Source: Eledone cirrhosa (taxonomy: Eukaryota). From it: a DNA stretch of 64,000 nucleotides. The notes beneath the pieces are model-generated. The model made no database searches and was not told the origin of the DNA. It was given only the letters and a program-made list of their open reading frames with translations. Below are positions 40,224 through 55,397 of the stretch, one piece after another. The stretch lies in NCBI GenBank assembly GCA_964016885.1, contig OZ024740.1:81282001-81346000 (forward strand), written 5' to 3'. Each line of letters starts with the position of its first letter. Position 1 is the stretch's first letter. The position numbers and the translations under genes were made by a program.

Positions 40224-40454
40224 TATACCTTCCTGCCAGATGATTGAACGGGCGCAGCGAAAACCATGAACGAAAAAAATGAAACGAAATTTCATTTCTC
40301 ACTCTTAGTACGGCTGTTACTTAAATACAAGTATGTATACTTATATTTAAGTAACAGCCGTACTAAGAGTGAGAAATGAAATTTCGTTTCATTTTTTCCG
40401 TTTATATATATATATATCAAAACCATATATTGAGTTAGAAAATAGTGTCAGTTA

Positions 40455-40515
<61 letters not shown>

Positions 40516-40519
<4 letters not shown>

Positions 40520-40627
40520 AAAAAGTATGACCCCGACGGCAGAGCTCGAATCGTTTTGATGGCTATTTCTGAGTCCATAGCCGTCGAAACAGCTTGAGCT
40601 CTGCTGTCGGGGTCATAATGTTTCCTA
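40516..40627 (+). other. ~50-bp-stem GC-rich hairpin
   Basis: TATGACCCCGACGGCAGAGCTCGA...GATGGCTAT, a 10-nt loop, then ATAGCCGTC...TTGAGCTCTGCTGTCGGGGTCATA. Confidence 0.8.
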
Positions 40628-42299
40628 TTTCACACTCTACTACCCTAAGTATTGAGTACTCTGGTGCGTTGTGGTCCATCTGGTTCCTTAGCACAATTCC
40701 TTTGTTATATATATATATATATACATAATGTATGTCAATGTGATGACAGTTTTTTCTCTCTTATTGACTATATAGACAGTAAACCAAGCATTGTTGTAAA
40801 TATAAGCAATGGAATTTAATACAGCAAATACGAAAACTGAAAATCAAAATATAAATTACTTAACTGTACACTGGTGTCCGCTTGTTTTAAATGTAATAAT
40901 AAAAAAAACATATGTCACCTTAGAAACTATATCTAAAAAAAAGAAAAGAATTGCATAACCGCTATGATCTTATTGCATGTAATTGTAGACTTTGATACAG
41001 CAGTTCTATCATAGAACGTAAAAGTAATTTTATGCAAAGATGTAAAGAACAACTATTTCTCTACACAGAATACACAATACATATGTTAGGTTTCAACATG
41101 TACAAGATACATGTCTCCACAATAAGAATCTATGACATCGAAATTAGTATACATTTATTTTACTGGGATGATTGTGTTTGCTTACATAATTTTATATTTG
41201 TTATAATCGCGTTTCAAGTTTAATGTAGAACAACACGAAAGCTGAATATCTCGTAAAATCGTGCAATAACACAGATTACACATTAAATAAAGTCAGGCAC
41301 CAAATGTTATAAATTAATCTTGTTATTGTGCAAGCGTGATATAAAGTGATATAACTTTATAAATATTTCCTCATACATAAAAATATATCTTTATGATAAC
41401 GTTTGAACTTTAAAATAATGCTGTAGTTTGGCATTGTATTGCTTCATTAAATTTGGGTAAGAGTATCTTGACGTTTGAAGTAATATGGTGAATGTGCAAG
41501 TTTGGTTTCAATACGTTAGGGAATGTGATATATGTCTCCCATTGTTGTACATCATATCAGTATTATTCTCCACATATAATCTGAAGTTCTATATTTAATC
41601 ACAGTGAGTTTCCAAGTAAACAGCATCGCTATCACCACCATGTTTCCTATTATAAGTCTATTGTTGACCTCATGTAGAATCCTAGGTACAAAGACAAACA
41701 TATTTTTCTTTTCCAAGTAAATTATTGTCGTTGCTTTTTAGTTCACATCTGATCTAATGAAACCGACCTAATAGCAAAAGTGTTCAAATCAGAGCGCTCT
41801 ATGCGTTTGGTTAGGAGGATCATTGTTATCCATGGCGCTATTTGTTATATATATTGATATCCATTCTAATATCTTAAACGACAGTGTTCACTTGCCACAT
41901 ACAAATTGTTGTTTCATTAAAACTCAGATCTGTTTTGATTGAACAGGCAGACGATCTATACCTAACTCATCATGCCGTGATGATTATATAGTTCAACGTT
42001 ATCTTTCCTGTAATGTATTTCTAAGAGGCCAATGATTTGATTTTCTCCGTTTATCTCTTTCGCAAATTGCTGCCACTAATACTTTTTATTTCCCTACAAA
42101 AATGAAATAACACACCCAATATACATCTTTTCTATGATATTCGGAGTTATATAAATAACATTTCAAATGAAAAAGAACTCATACAATGATGTAAATATGA
42201 AAGAAGAAAGATAAAAACGAAATCAAATAATTAAAAATAGGGAAAGTGGTAAAAAAGCGTAGATCTGGCTGTATAGGAAAGTAGAGGAAATGACCATAA

Positions 42300-42720
42300 A
42301 TGCGATAAAGAATAGGAGACCTGCACGTTGGACATTTGTATACTGTCCAGTCGGTCAGAGCCTGCTCAATTTCTGGGTCCAAGTCAAATTTGCCCGTCTT
42401 ACTGAAGACCTCGCTGGCGAGAGGGCGACTGAGGGAGATGAGCAGTTGTAGGCCGGCAGAGCTAGATCCGAAGTGGATCGGAGTCCGAGGCTACCGAACC
42501 TCACTTGGAGCTTCGCCTGTTACCAGCCTGCGCTGTCGAATCGGAATTTCAAGATGAGTTCCGCAGAGCGTCGGATGGTGGCGTCGAGTTCACCGAGCAT
42601 ATCTGCATGGGGATTACAAGGTGAAACGCGTAGCGTGAACAACCTTTTAGGGAGTGTGAAGCAGTTTCTCAGCAGGAAGAACAACGTGTGAGCGTCAATG
42701 AGGCACAGTCTCTCTGCCAT
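42300..42720 (-). mobile_element. CRE-clade non-LTR retrotransposon fragment
   Basis: LIDAHTLFFLLRNCF.LPK..F.LR.SP...W*QAKLQVRFGSLGLRS..LALPAY resembles the CRE post-RT region. Confidence 0.6.
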
Positions 42721-44316
42721 TGATCTTTAAGGTGCCATGGCAGAATGAATTATAGTTAAACATATCTGATAATAACCATTTAAATAGGTTTGGCTTGTGA
42801 CAAAAGTTACCTTGAAGATTTAGAGACGGTGGAAAAGTTTATGAGAGATTGCTACATTGTACTTTGCCTGAGGTTGTAACAATTCTACTATCCAATGTTT
42901 CCTTTTACTGCGTAACTAATGTTGCAGCGGTGCGGTTGTAGGGCAATAATGTAACCGGGTAGAAAGAACAAAGAACGTTTCACTTTATTCACGTACGTAC
43001 ATCTACTTCAATAAGGGTCTATCGCATAGGAAAATGTCACCCTCGATATATTGACTCTTAAAGAATGGACAATATTGTCATAATGAAAAAATTGTGATAA
43101 TAAGTACGTTCAAACAACATCAACAGCAATAAGCAAATAGCTATGGAAGCTATATTTGATGACAACCTAGTAGGTGTTATGATAGTAAAACATTTAAAAA
43201 GGCTTAAATCATAAGTTACACAAAGGTGAATGAGATCAAGTTCGCTTAGACTAGAACTATGTACTCTGCATGCAGTTAGCATGACACCTTTATTTTAACG
43301 TTTATTTTAACGTTTATTTTAACTTCCGATTCAAACCTCTGTGTAAACTGATATCCCAAAAATCAAATACAGAACGGTAGCACAAAAATGGTTTTAACAT
43401 TCACTCTCTATAATAATGCTTCAATATTGCTGGCAGTCTTAGTGTGAAGAAAGAAAATATAACGAAAGGATTTTCGTAGAATCGCAATATGCTAGAAATT
43501 AGATGCATTCTTGGAACTATGCCGAAAGAGACTAATTTTCCTGAAAATGTTTAACATAAACATTTGTGACATAACTTATATTAAAGTTCGCAAGTAAACA
43601 TTTTGCTAGTGATACCTAAGAAACCTTCTAGTTCATTTGTAAAGTGCTCAATCTATTAGTTATTTTATTTTAATAGCACTTGAACTAGCCTTCCTCTGAC
43701 ACTCACGAACTCATGTTTGTCACATTTAATCCGCATTATTTCTTCAATACGCACCTCACTAATCATATAAAACTGCAACAGCTTCAACTTAAACGACGGT
43801 TGTATAAAAATGTTATATTTATCCTATACTACTGGTTTGTAGGTGGGTGACAAATTCAATGCAATACAATTATATTAACAACGAATTTGATAAACACATG
43901 AAGAATTCTAACTATCATGTATTTAATATTTACTATTTCAGTATCACTAAGTTATTGCAATCATTCGAATCCAACATATTCCCGCCTACCTTCGTAGTCT
44001 TGTAATTATACTAGAAATCAGAAGCATTTAGGATATTAAATTTGAGATGCATTTCAAAGTAAGTAACAAAGCTGGAAATGACGCCAAATTAATATAATTT
44101 TGGAAGAGAGTTTACATCTGAAAGTCTTATATTAACGATTATATGTGTAACATATTTGGACAATAGCCACGGTAATGAAGTGTATTGTGGTAACTTGAAT
44201 CTTAGGGAGGGCATTTTGAATCGAAAGGTTTTACTTTAAAGTTGACATATGTGAGGTATAACATATTCCAGCTACTGAGGGAGCGTCGATGTGCTCAATT
44301 TCACTGCTATAGATAT

Positions 44317-48395
<4,079 letters not shown>

Positions 48396-48465
48396 CTTAA
48401 ATTGTTATTATCATGAGTGGTTCCTTAATGTGAGCATTGCGTGGCTTAAGAATGAAATTATTAAT

Positions 48466-48513
48466 AATTGTCTCCAATCCAGGCACAAGGCCAGCAATCA
48501 CCCAGTGCATTAC
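48466..48513 (-). mobile_element. SINE 3'-end fragment
   Basis: AGGCACAAGGCCAGCAATCACCCAGTGCATTAC matches the SINE tail. Confidence 0.7.
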
Positions 48514-48519
48514 AATAAT

Positions 48520-49318
48520 ATAATATACTTTTTGTTGTAGTTGGCTGTTATTGCTGCTGGCTATGTCGGTGGTGGTGCCGGGGCTTTTTATATTGTTGGT
48601 GAGGAAGGGGTGAGCCAGCAGTCCCATACTTGTTGATGTAGACGTTTGTCCGTGGCAAGGTCACCAAGTCAATCTATTTATATCTTTTGCTAGCCTCTCT
48701 GTTGTCTAGTGCTACCACCACCTTCCCTTTTCTCTCTCAAGTTAACAGGGGAATAGTGTCAGTAGCATTGAATGAGTGGTGGCGGCGATGATGGATGTGG
48801 TGGGGTTGTGGTTACTGATATAGTATCTATGAGTTTGTGTTCGTATGTTTAATATATATTTTCATTATATTTTGTGTTGACATATTCCCGTAAAATTTGA
48901 ATTAAACATTTTTTTAAATTTGAGACAATAATAATAGTAATTATTATTATGATGCCGGTGAAGTTGCCGTTATCTGGCTGTTATATTTAGTGTGATGGGA
49001 TAGGTAGTGTATCAAGTTTCTGGTGTTGGTGAAATTGAAATTGCCGCTGTTCTATATAGTGTAGGCAGAGGGTGTTTTGTTCCATTTATAACCATTTTCT
49101 TTTTTTGAATACAAAATATATAATACAAAATTGAATATTTGAGCGATACAACAATATAATATGGATCCGAAACTTTATGGGACCTCATTCGGTGCCTTTA
49201 TGCAACATTTGTGCTAAGAATTGTTCTTTCACAATTGATTTAAATATGTTAAAAATCATAAAACTTACGGGAGCAATTTCGTGACGTTCTACCACCTCGT
49301 GTGTCTTCTTCCCTTATC
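48520..49318 (-). mobile_element. Tx1-like 5'UTR/ORF1 fragment X1
   Basis: Homologous to 53030-53897; ~225-nt leader, then an A-run and ATGGTTA, then low-complexity Thr/Pro-rich sequence. Confidence 0.5.
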
Positions 49319-49346
49319 TTATTATTATTATTATTATTGTTGTTAT

Positions 49347-52300
49347 TCCTTGAATCTCAGTCATTGATGTTGGTTAACTGGAAAGTCCGTTGGGATGAAT
49401 ATCAAGCCACTACCTGCAGCCTCAGATATTCAGGACGTATCGGAGGGTTCTTGCTGTTCCAAGCAAGCATGCCTTTTGAAGCGTTCCAAAAAGCGTGAAG
49501 GGGCCGATTTTCTTTAACCATCCCTGGAAACTTTTGGAGATAGTCCCCAGTGCGCTTATGACAATCGGGATCACTTTGACTTCATGGCAGTTCCAAATCC
49601 TTTTCACCTCCCACTTTAGGTCCTGGTATCGGTTAATTTTCTCCCTCTCCTTCTCTTGCACTCTCGTGTCGAACGGGCAGGCCACATCCACAATCAGACA
49701 CGATCTTTTTTCTTTGTCCAAAACCACCAGGTCAGGTCTATTGTGTTCCAGTTTTTTGTCCGTCTGTATCCTAAATTCCCACAGCACCTTCACCTGATTG
49801 TTCTCCATCACCGCCTCCGGCCTATGCTCATACCATTTCTCAGAATGTGGTAAATTGTTTACTTTGCACAGGTGCCAGTGGATCACCCTGCCCATCACAT
49901 CGTGTCTCCAGCCCTTATAGTGGGTCTGGGCTAGGTGTTTACACTCGGACACAATGTGAGCCACAGTCTCCTCTCTCTCTACACAGATCCTGCACAGTGG
50001 GCTAGCCTCCTCCTTGTAAATATGGTGCTTCAACCACTTCGTTTTGAGGGCCTGCTCCTGCGCAGCCATTATCATTCCTTCTGTAGCCTTTTTGAGGTCT
50101 CCTCTTCTCAACCAGTTCCATGTCTGTGGATCTCTAAATTCAGTTTTCTCAAAGAAGGTACTATGAAGGGATTTTCCCTTAAGGCTGCTCTTCCTCCTTG
50201 ATGTTATTTCCTCCTTGGACATCCCCTGGCCTACTGTCCCCTCCTTCAGTACAGTTTTGAGCATTGGCTCCTTACTATAGGTCACGTATTTGTATAGGTT
50301 GTTTTTCTCCATCTGAACACAGTCCTCTATGCTGATAAGACCTCTTCCACCCTCAGATCTCCTTAGGTAGAGTCTATCGACATCACTCCTCTTGTGGAAC
50401 ATGTTGTAGATAGTAAATAGCTTCCTAGTCTTCCTATCCATTTCTTTTTGTTCAGCAACATTCCATCTCAGAATTCCCGCACTGTACCTAATAATAGACA
50501 CAGCTCGGGAATTTACTGCGCTTATGGCATTTCTGCTGTTCAGATGTGACTTCAATACGCTCCTTACTCTCCGAATGTATTCAGTTCTTAACAATTCCTT
50601 CATTTTTTTGTTCTTTATGCCATCAGCCTCCAGAACGCCCAAATACTTGTATCCTTCCTCAGAGTCAATTTCCTTTATCATCTCACCTGTTGGTATCTGG
50701 ATCCCGCTACTTCTGCTCAACCTACCCCTCCTCATCACAATGACTCCACATTTACCAATACCAAACTGCATACATATATCACTGCTGAAAATACGGACAG
50801 TGTCAACAAGCACATCCAACTCCTTCTCACTTTTCCCGAAGAGCTTAAGATCGTCCACGAAGAGGAGGTGATTGATGGTAAGCTCTCGCCTTCCCAACTT
50901 GTATCCTGCTCTCACTTTTCGCAGCATAATGGTCAAGGGCATTAACGCAAGGACAAACAACAGAGGGGACAGGCTATCTCCCTGGAAAATACCTCTCTTG
51001 ATCTTCACGCTTCCCAAGGATACTCCAGTTGATGTCAACTCTGTCTCCCAGGACCCCATACTCCTGCCCAGCAACTGTCTGATGTTATCTGCCACCCTGA
51101 AGATCTCCAGGCTTTTGGTGATCCAAGAATGAGGCACCATGTCAAATGCCTTTCTGTAGTCTATCCATCCCATGGCAAGATCAGTGTGTCTCCTCCTGCA
51201 ATTCCCCATTACCATCTTATCAATAAGTAACTGGTCCTTTGTACCACGTGACTTCTTTCGGCATCCTTTCTGTTCGTCCGGTAACAAGTTGTTTGTGTGG
51301 AGGTGATTGTAGATTTCCTCAGACACAATGCTCGTCAACAGTTTCCACATTACGGACAGACATGTGATAGGTCTATAGTTGGTAACATCATTACCCTTGA
51401 TTCGGTCTTTCATTATCAGAACTGTGGTACCTTTTGTCAACCACTCTGGCACCTCACCCGACACCAAGCAGTCATTGAACATGGCCGTCAGCTTCGGGTG
51501 GAGGGATGTTAAATGTTTAATCCAATACCCCTGCACACCATCTGGGCCTGGTGATTTCCAGTTGGTTAGTTTTTTGGCCTGCCCCTTAAGAGTCTCAACT
51601 GTGATACTCAAATCAGTTTGTTGTTGTGCCTGCTCACCGATCTCCCTCTGTACTGTCTCAATCCACCCTGCCTGGGCATTATGTCTAACATCCTGCTCCC
51701 ATATTCCTCTCCAGAATGTTTTAGTTTGTTCCGCCCCAGGGATCAAGTCGTTGCCTCTTTCTTTCCCCTCAAGCTGTCCAAACAGCATCTTCTGGTTGTT
51801 GTCGAACATGCGGTTCTGTTTATACTGACTGACTCTGTTCTCGTATCGCCTGATCTTTGCACTCTTTGCTACAATGCGTTGCTTCAATTCCTCTATGATA
51901 ACATTTAGCTTTTTACTCCTAGTTTTGTATTTTATTTCCAGTCTATTTTTAGTGCCTATGTTTTTTAGTGTCCCATTCAGTAGTGACTCAAGCTTTCCTA
52001 TGTCATTTCTCATTTCCCCGATTTGCCCACTCAGTCGCTACTTCCACCACGGCTCTGCTATTTCTTGTCTGTTGTTTCCTCTCGCTTTTATACCAAGTAG
52101 TTTCCTCACCGTATTTGCTGTTGCTTTGAGGATATTGTTGCACTGGTGAAGGCTCCTCGCCTCAAGGTATGGGATGACTTTGTTTACCTTAGCTGTTGTT
52201 TCTTTTAAATTTTTCCTGTCTACAAATCTTAGGTTCATAGGTCTCCCACTATCATTGTTCAATTCATCTACCACTAAATTTAGGATGTCAACCGAATCTT

Positions 52301-53010
52301 GTCCTAGCCCGTCAGCATTCATCTCCTCAGTGGCCGTATCTCTGTTCCAGGTATTATTTATCTCAGTATTCAGATCATTGTCTGCTTCGGGTGGTTCCTC
52401 CGTTATCAGGACCTCTTCACCTTCATTTCCCACTGGCTCGCTTGTCGGGCATACTACACCCGCCATCTCCAAGCCATTCTCTCTGCTCAGTTCCTCCAGT
52501 TCCAGCTCGCTTATCCACCCATTAGTTCTTATTAGCCGAGCCTGCCCGGCCAATTTTTGTTCATCTAATTTAAATAAACCAATCTCGTTCCAGATGTTAT
52601 GCATCCGTCTCCTGTAGCCCCTCTCCTTGGGGTTACTTTTCAGGTAGCATTGCATAACAGTTCTATTCAATTCTTTCGTCCAGTTGGTTCTGGCCCCTTT
52701 CCTTCTTCTTCTTCCTCCAACATCAGCAGTATTTGGTTGACAGTCAGGTTCCTGCTGCTGAGCCAGGGGGCACCTGTTGGGTGAGAGTCTGTCACATGAC
52801 GTTCTAGTCTCCATTTCACCGTTATTCGAACTGTTTATGTTCGATATTTAAACACTCTTATCGAGGATTGGCGAATGTATGGTTACATAGCCATCTGTGG
52901 ATCCGCCATCCCACTTGGCCCTTGTGTGGCATTATCACCACGCTGTATACGAACACACATAAACAAACAAACACACAGGCAGAAAGGGCCCCACAAATGA
53001 ATAAGCATAA
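49347..53010 (-). mobile_element. R4/Dong-clade non-LTR retrotransposon B
   Basis: RT and RLE motifs as in element A but a divergent sequence; 3' end abuts (TAA)n. Confidence 0.93.
49422..52814 (-). pseudogene. R4-B ORF (~1130 codons) with one in-frame stop at 52038-52040
   Basis: The 258-aa and 863-aa ORFs are in the same frame; FVDDLK, CRIC variant (CRICVEREETVAHIVSEC), RHD, RPD motifs. Confidence 0.9.
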
Positions 53011-53029
53011 GTTTCATTGTAATGTAGTG

Positions 53030-53894
53030 TTCGAATGTCTGACTTAGTTTTTGTTTTTTAAGTTTTAGTTTTTCCCCCCTCTTCTCTGTCCGTCCGCCTG
53101 CTTCTCTCTTCATTCTTATTTTCTTTACGTTTTTGGGGTTTCTTTTTTTGTTTTTGTTTTTCTCTGTTTGTTTTTCTCGTTTTTGCTGTTGTTGCTGTGC
53201 TGCTTTGGTTTTGTTGTTTGTTTTTTCTTTTTTCTTTAGAGTCTATCTATATATTTTGATGCCTTCCTCTTTGTTAGTAGTAGGAATTCTATAATGTGGA
53301 AGTAGCAGCCAGCAGGGAGAAGTGGGAGACTGGCGGCGGTAGCGATACTGAGACAGTGGTGGTGGTGATGTCGATACCGAGGCAGTAGTGGCGGTGATGT
53401 GACCGTATTACTGTAGTGATGGTGCTGTAGCGGTGACAGCAGTGAAGGAGTGAAGGGGTGGTGGCGGCGGTGATGGGATATTGGTGGTAATGATGGCCGT
53501 AGTGAGCGGTGGTGGTGAAGGTGAAAATGCCGTTATCTGGCTGTTGTGTTTAGTGTACACAGATGATGGGGTGGGTGGTGTATCTAGTTTCTGGTGTTGG
53601 TGAGTTTGGCTGTCCTATATAGTGTAGACAGAGGAGAGGAGGGGGGGGGGTTCTTCTTCCATTTATAGCCATTTTCTTTTTTGGATATACAGTGTACAAT
53701 ACAAAGTTGAATATTTGAATATTTGAGCCTTATAACAATATATTTTGGGTCCGAATTTTTTGGGGCTCAAGCCGGGTGCTTTACGTAGCATTTGTACTAA
53801 GAGTTGTTATTTCACAAATGATTTAAATATGTTAAAAATTCAAAACTCACGGGAGCGATTTCATGACCTCCGTCACCTCGTGCGTCTTCTTCCC

Positions 53895-53897
<3 letters not shown>
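53030..53897 (-). mobile_element. Tx1-like 5'UTR/ORF1 fragment X2
   Basis: Leader with TGACGGAGG and CCCAAAAT, then AAAAAAGAAAATGGCTA, paralleling the Tx1 leaders at 55396 and 58009. Confidence 0.5.
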
Positions 53898-53930
<33 letters not shown>

Positions 53931-53931
<1 letters not shown>

Positions 53932-55357
53932 AGTTGCATTTATCTTGCTTTATGTTCATACGAGTTATCACCAAGTCACAACCAGTGACCTCAAGAGACA
54001 ACAAGGTCCGCCATGTTCAAGAAAGAACATACACATTCACACATGCATCTTTAGTGTTTAGACTTGTGATGTACTTATATTGACAGAATCTTCCTTAGTA
54101 TATGGGCAGTTCCCATTAATACTATCTTTTGTATTTCTCCTATACGCGGGTTTCCTGGGATTTGCGATATGTAATCATTAGACCCCTTAGGTATCATTCC
54201 CAGAGCGCCTACAACCACTGGTATTGTTTTAGTTCTCAATTTCTACATTTTTCCAATTTCTATCTCCAGGTCCTTATACTTGCTCAATTTTTCAAATGTT
54301 TTTATAGATACATTCTTGTCTATTGGAACAAACATATCAACTAGCAGGCATACCCTCGTTTGAAAGTCTTTCAATATTATATCAGGTCTGTTTGCATCTA
54401 TTTTTCGGTCTGTTTGGATGCTAAAGTTCCACAAGATTGAGATGTGATCTTTTTCAAGTATGGGAGGTGGTTGATGCTCCCACCAATTCTTTTGATGGGG
54501 CAGGTCAAAATGCTTACACATTATCCAATGTATGTATTGTGCAGCTCTGTCATGCCTGTTTAGGTATTCGGTTGGAGCTATAGGACTGCACATTGAAATT
54601 ATATGGTCAATGGTCTCTGGTTGTTTTTTGCATACACGGCATAATGGGCTGCACCCATGTTTTATTATGTTGGCTTGGTAATTTTTCGTTGGCAGACACT
54701 GATCTTGTGCCGATATAATCAGTCCTTCAGTCTCCGATTTCAGTCCAGAGGATGCCAACCACTGATGGGTTAAAGTTTTGTCAACATCAGGATTGTTAGC
54801 TCGCTCTGGGTATTTTCCAGACAGAGGCTTTTCTTGCCATTTCTTAGCCAGTTTCTGTAGCAGTTCTTTCTTTGCAGTTACTTTTACCTGCTTTGCTTTT
54901 TCTGTGTTTTCCATTTCAGCAGTAAATGGGACTTCTGAAATTTGTAGTCCATTACTGTATCTTTGTGCATCTTTTGTAATGGAATATGATCTGTTGATGC
55001 TTTCGTGTTTCAAAACGAGTTTGATCATCCAATCATGTGATTCCCTTAGATATGTAGATAATCCAATTGTTGCAGTTTTCAACGCAATGTCTAACTGGAT
55101 TAACCCACGTCCTCCTTCTTTCCTAGGGAGATATATTCTATCTATATCTGCCTTAGGGTGATGCATTCTGTGCATGGTTAAGAATTTTCGAATTTTTGTA
55201 TCGAGCCTACGGATCTCTGTGCTTGACCAGTTGATGACATTGTAACTGTAGGTTACTACTGGTATGGCAAGCGTGTTTATGGCATCGATCCTATTCCTTG
55301 CATTCAATTCCGTTCTTAAGATTGCTCTTACTCTGCGGTAACATTCCTTCCTTATCC

Positions 55358-55360
<3 letters not shown>
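53931..55360 (-). mobile_element. 5'-truncated copy of R4 element A
   Basis: Near-identical to 44437-45863; (TAA)n on both sides. Confidence 0.95.

Positions 55361-55395
<35 letters not shown>

Positions 55396-55397
<2 letters not shown>

Larger units (their letters stand above)
39592..40402 (-). repeat. Tandem ~0.4-kb non-coding repeat, one hammerhead per unit, with terminal fold-back
   Basis: Units 39592-40000 and 40001-40340; 40341-40402 is an inverted copy of the preceding ~60 bp. Confidence 0.85.

Noticed and set aside
40740-44300. Host exons in AT-rich unique sequence
   Set aside because: No ORF with recognisable homology; small exons cannot be excluded without RNA data.
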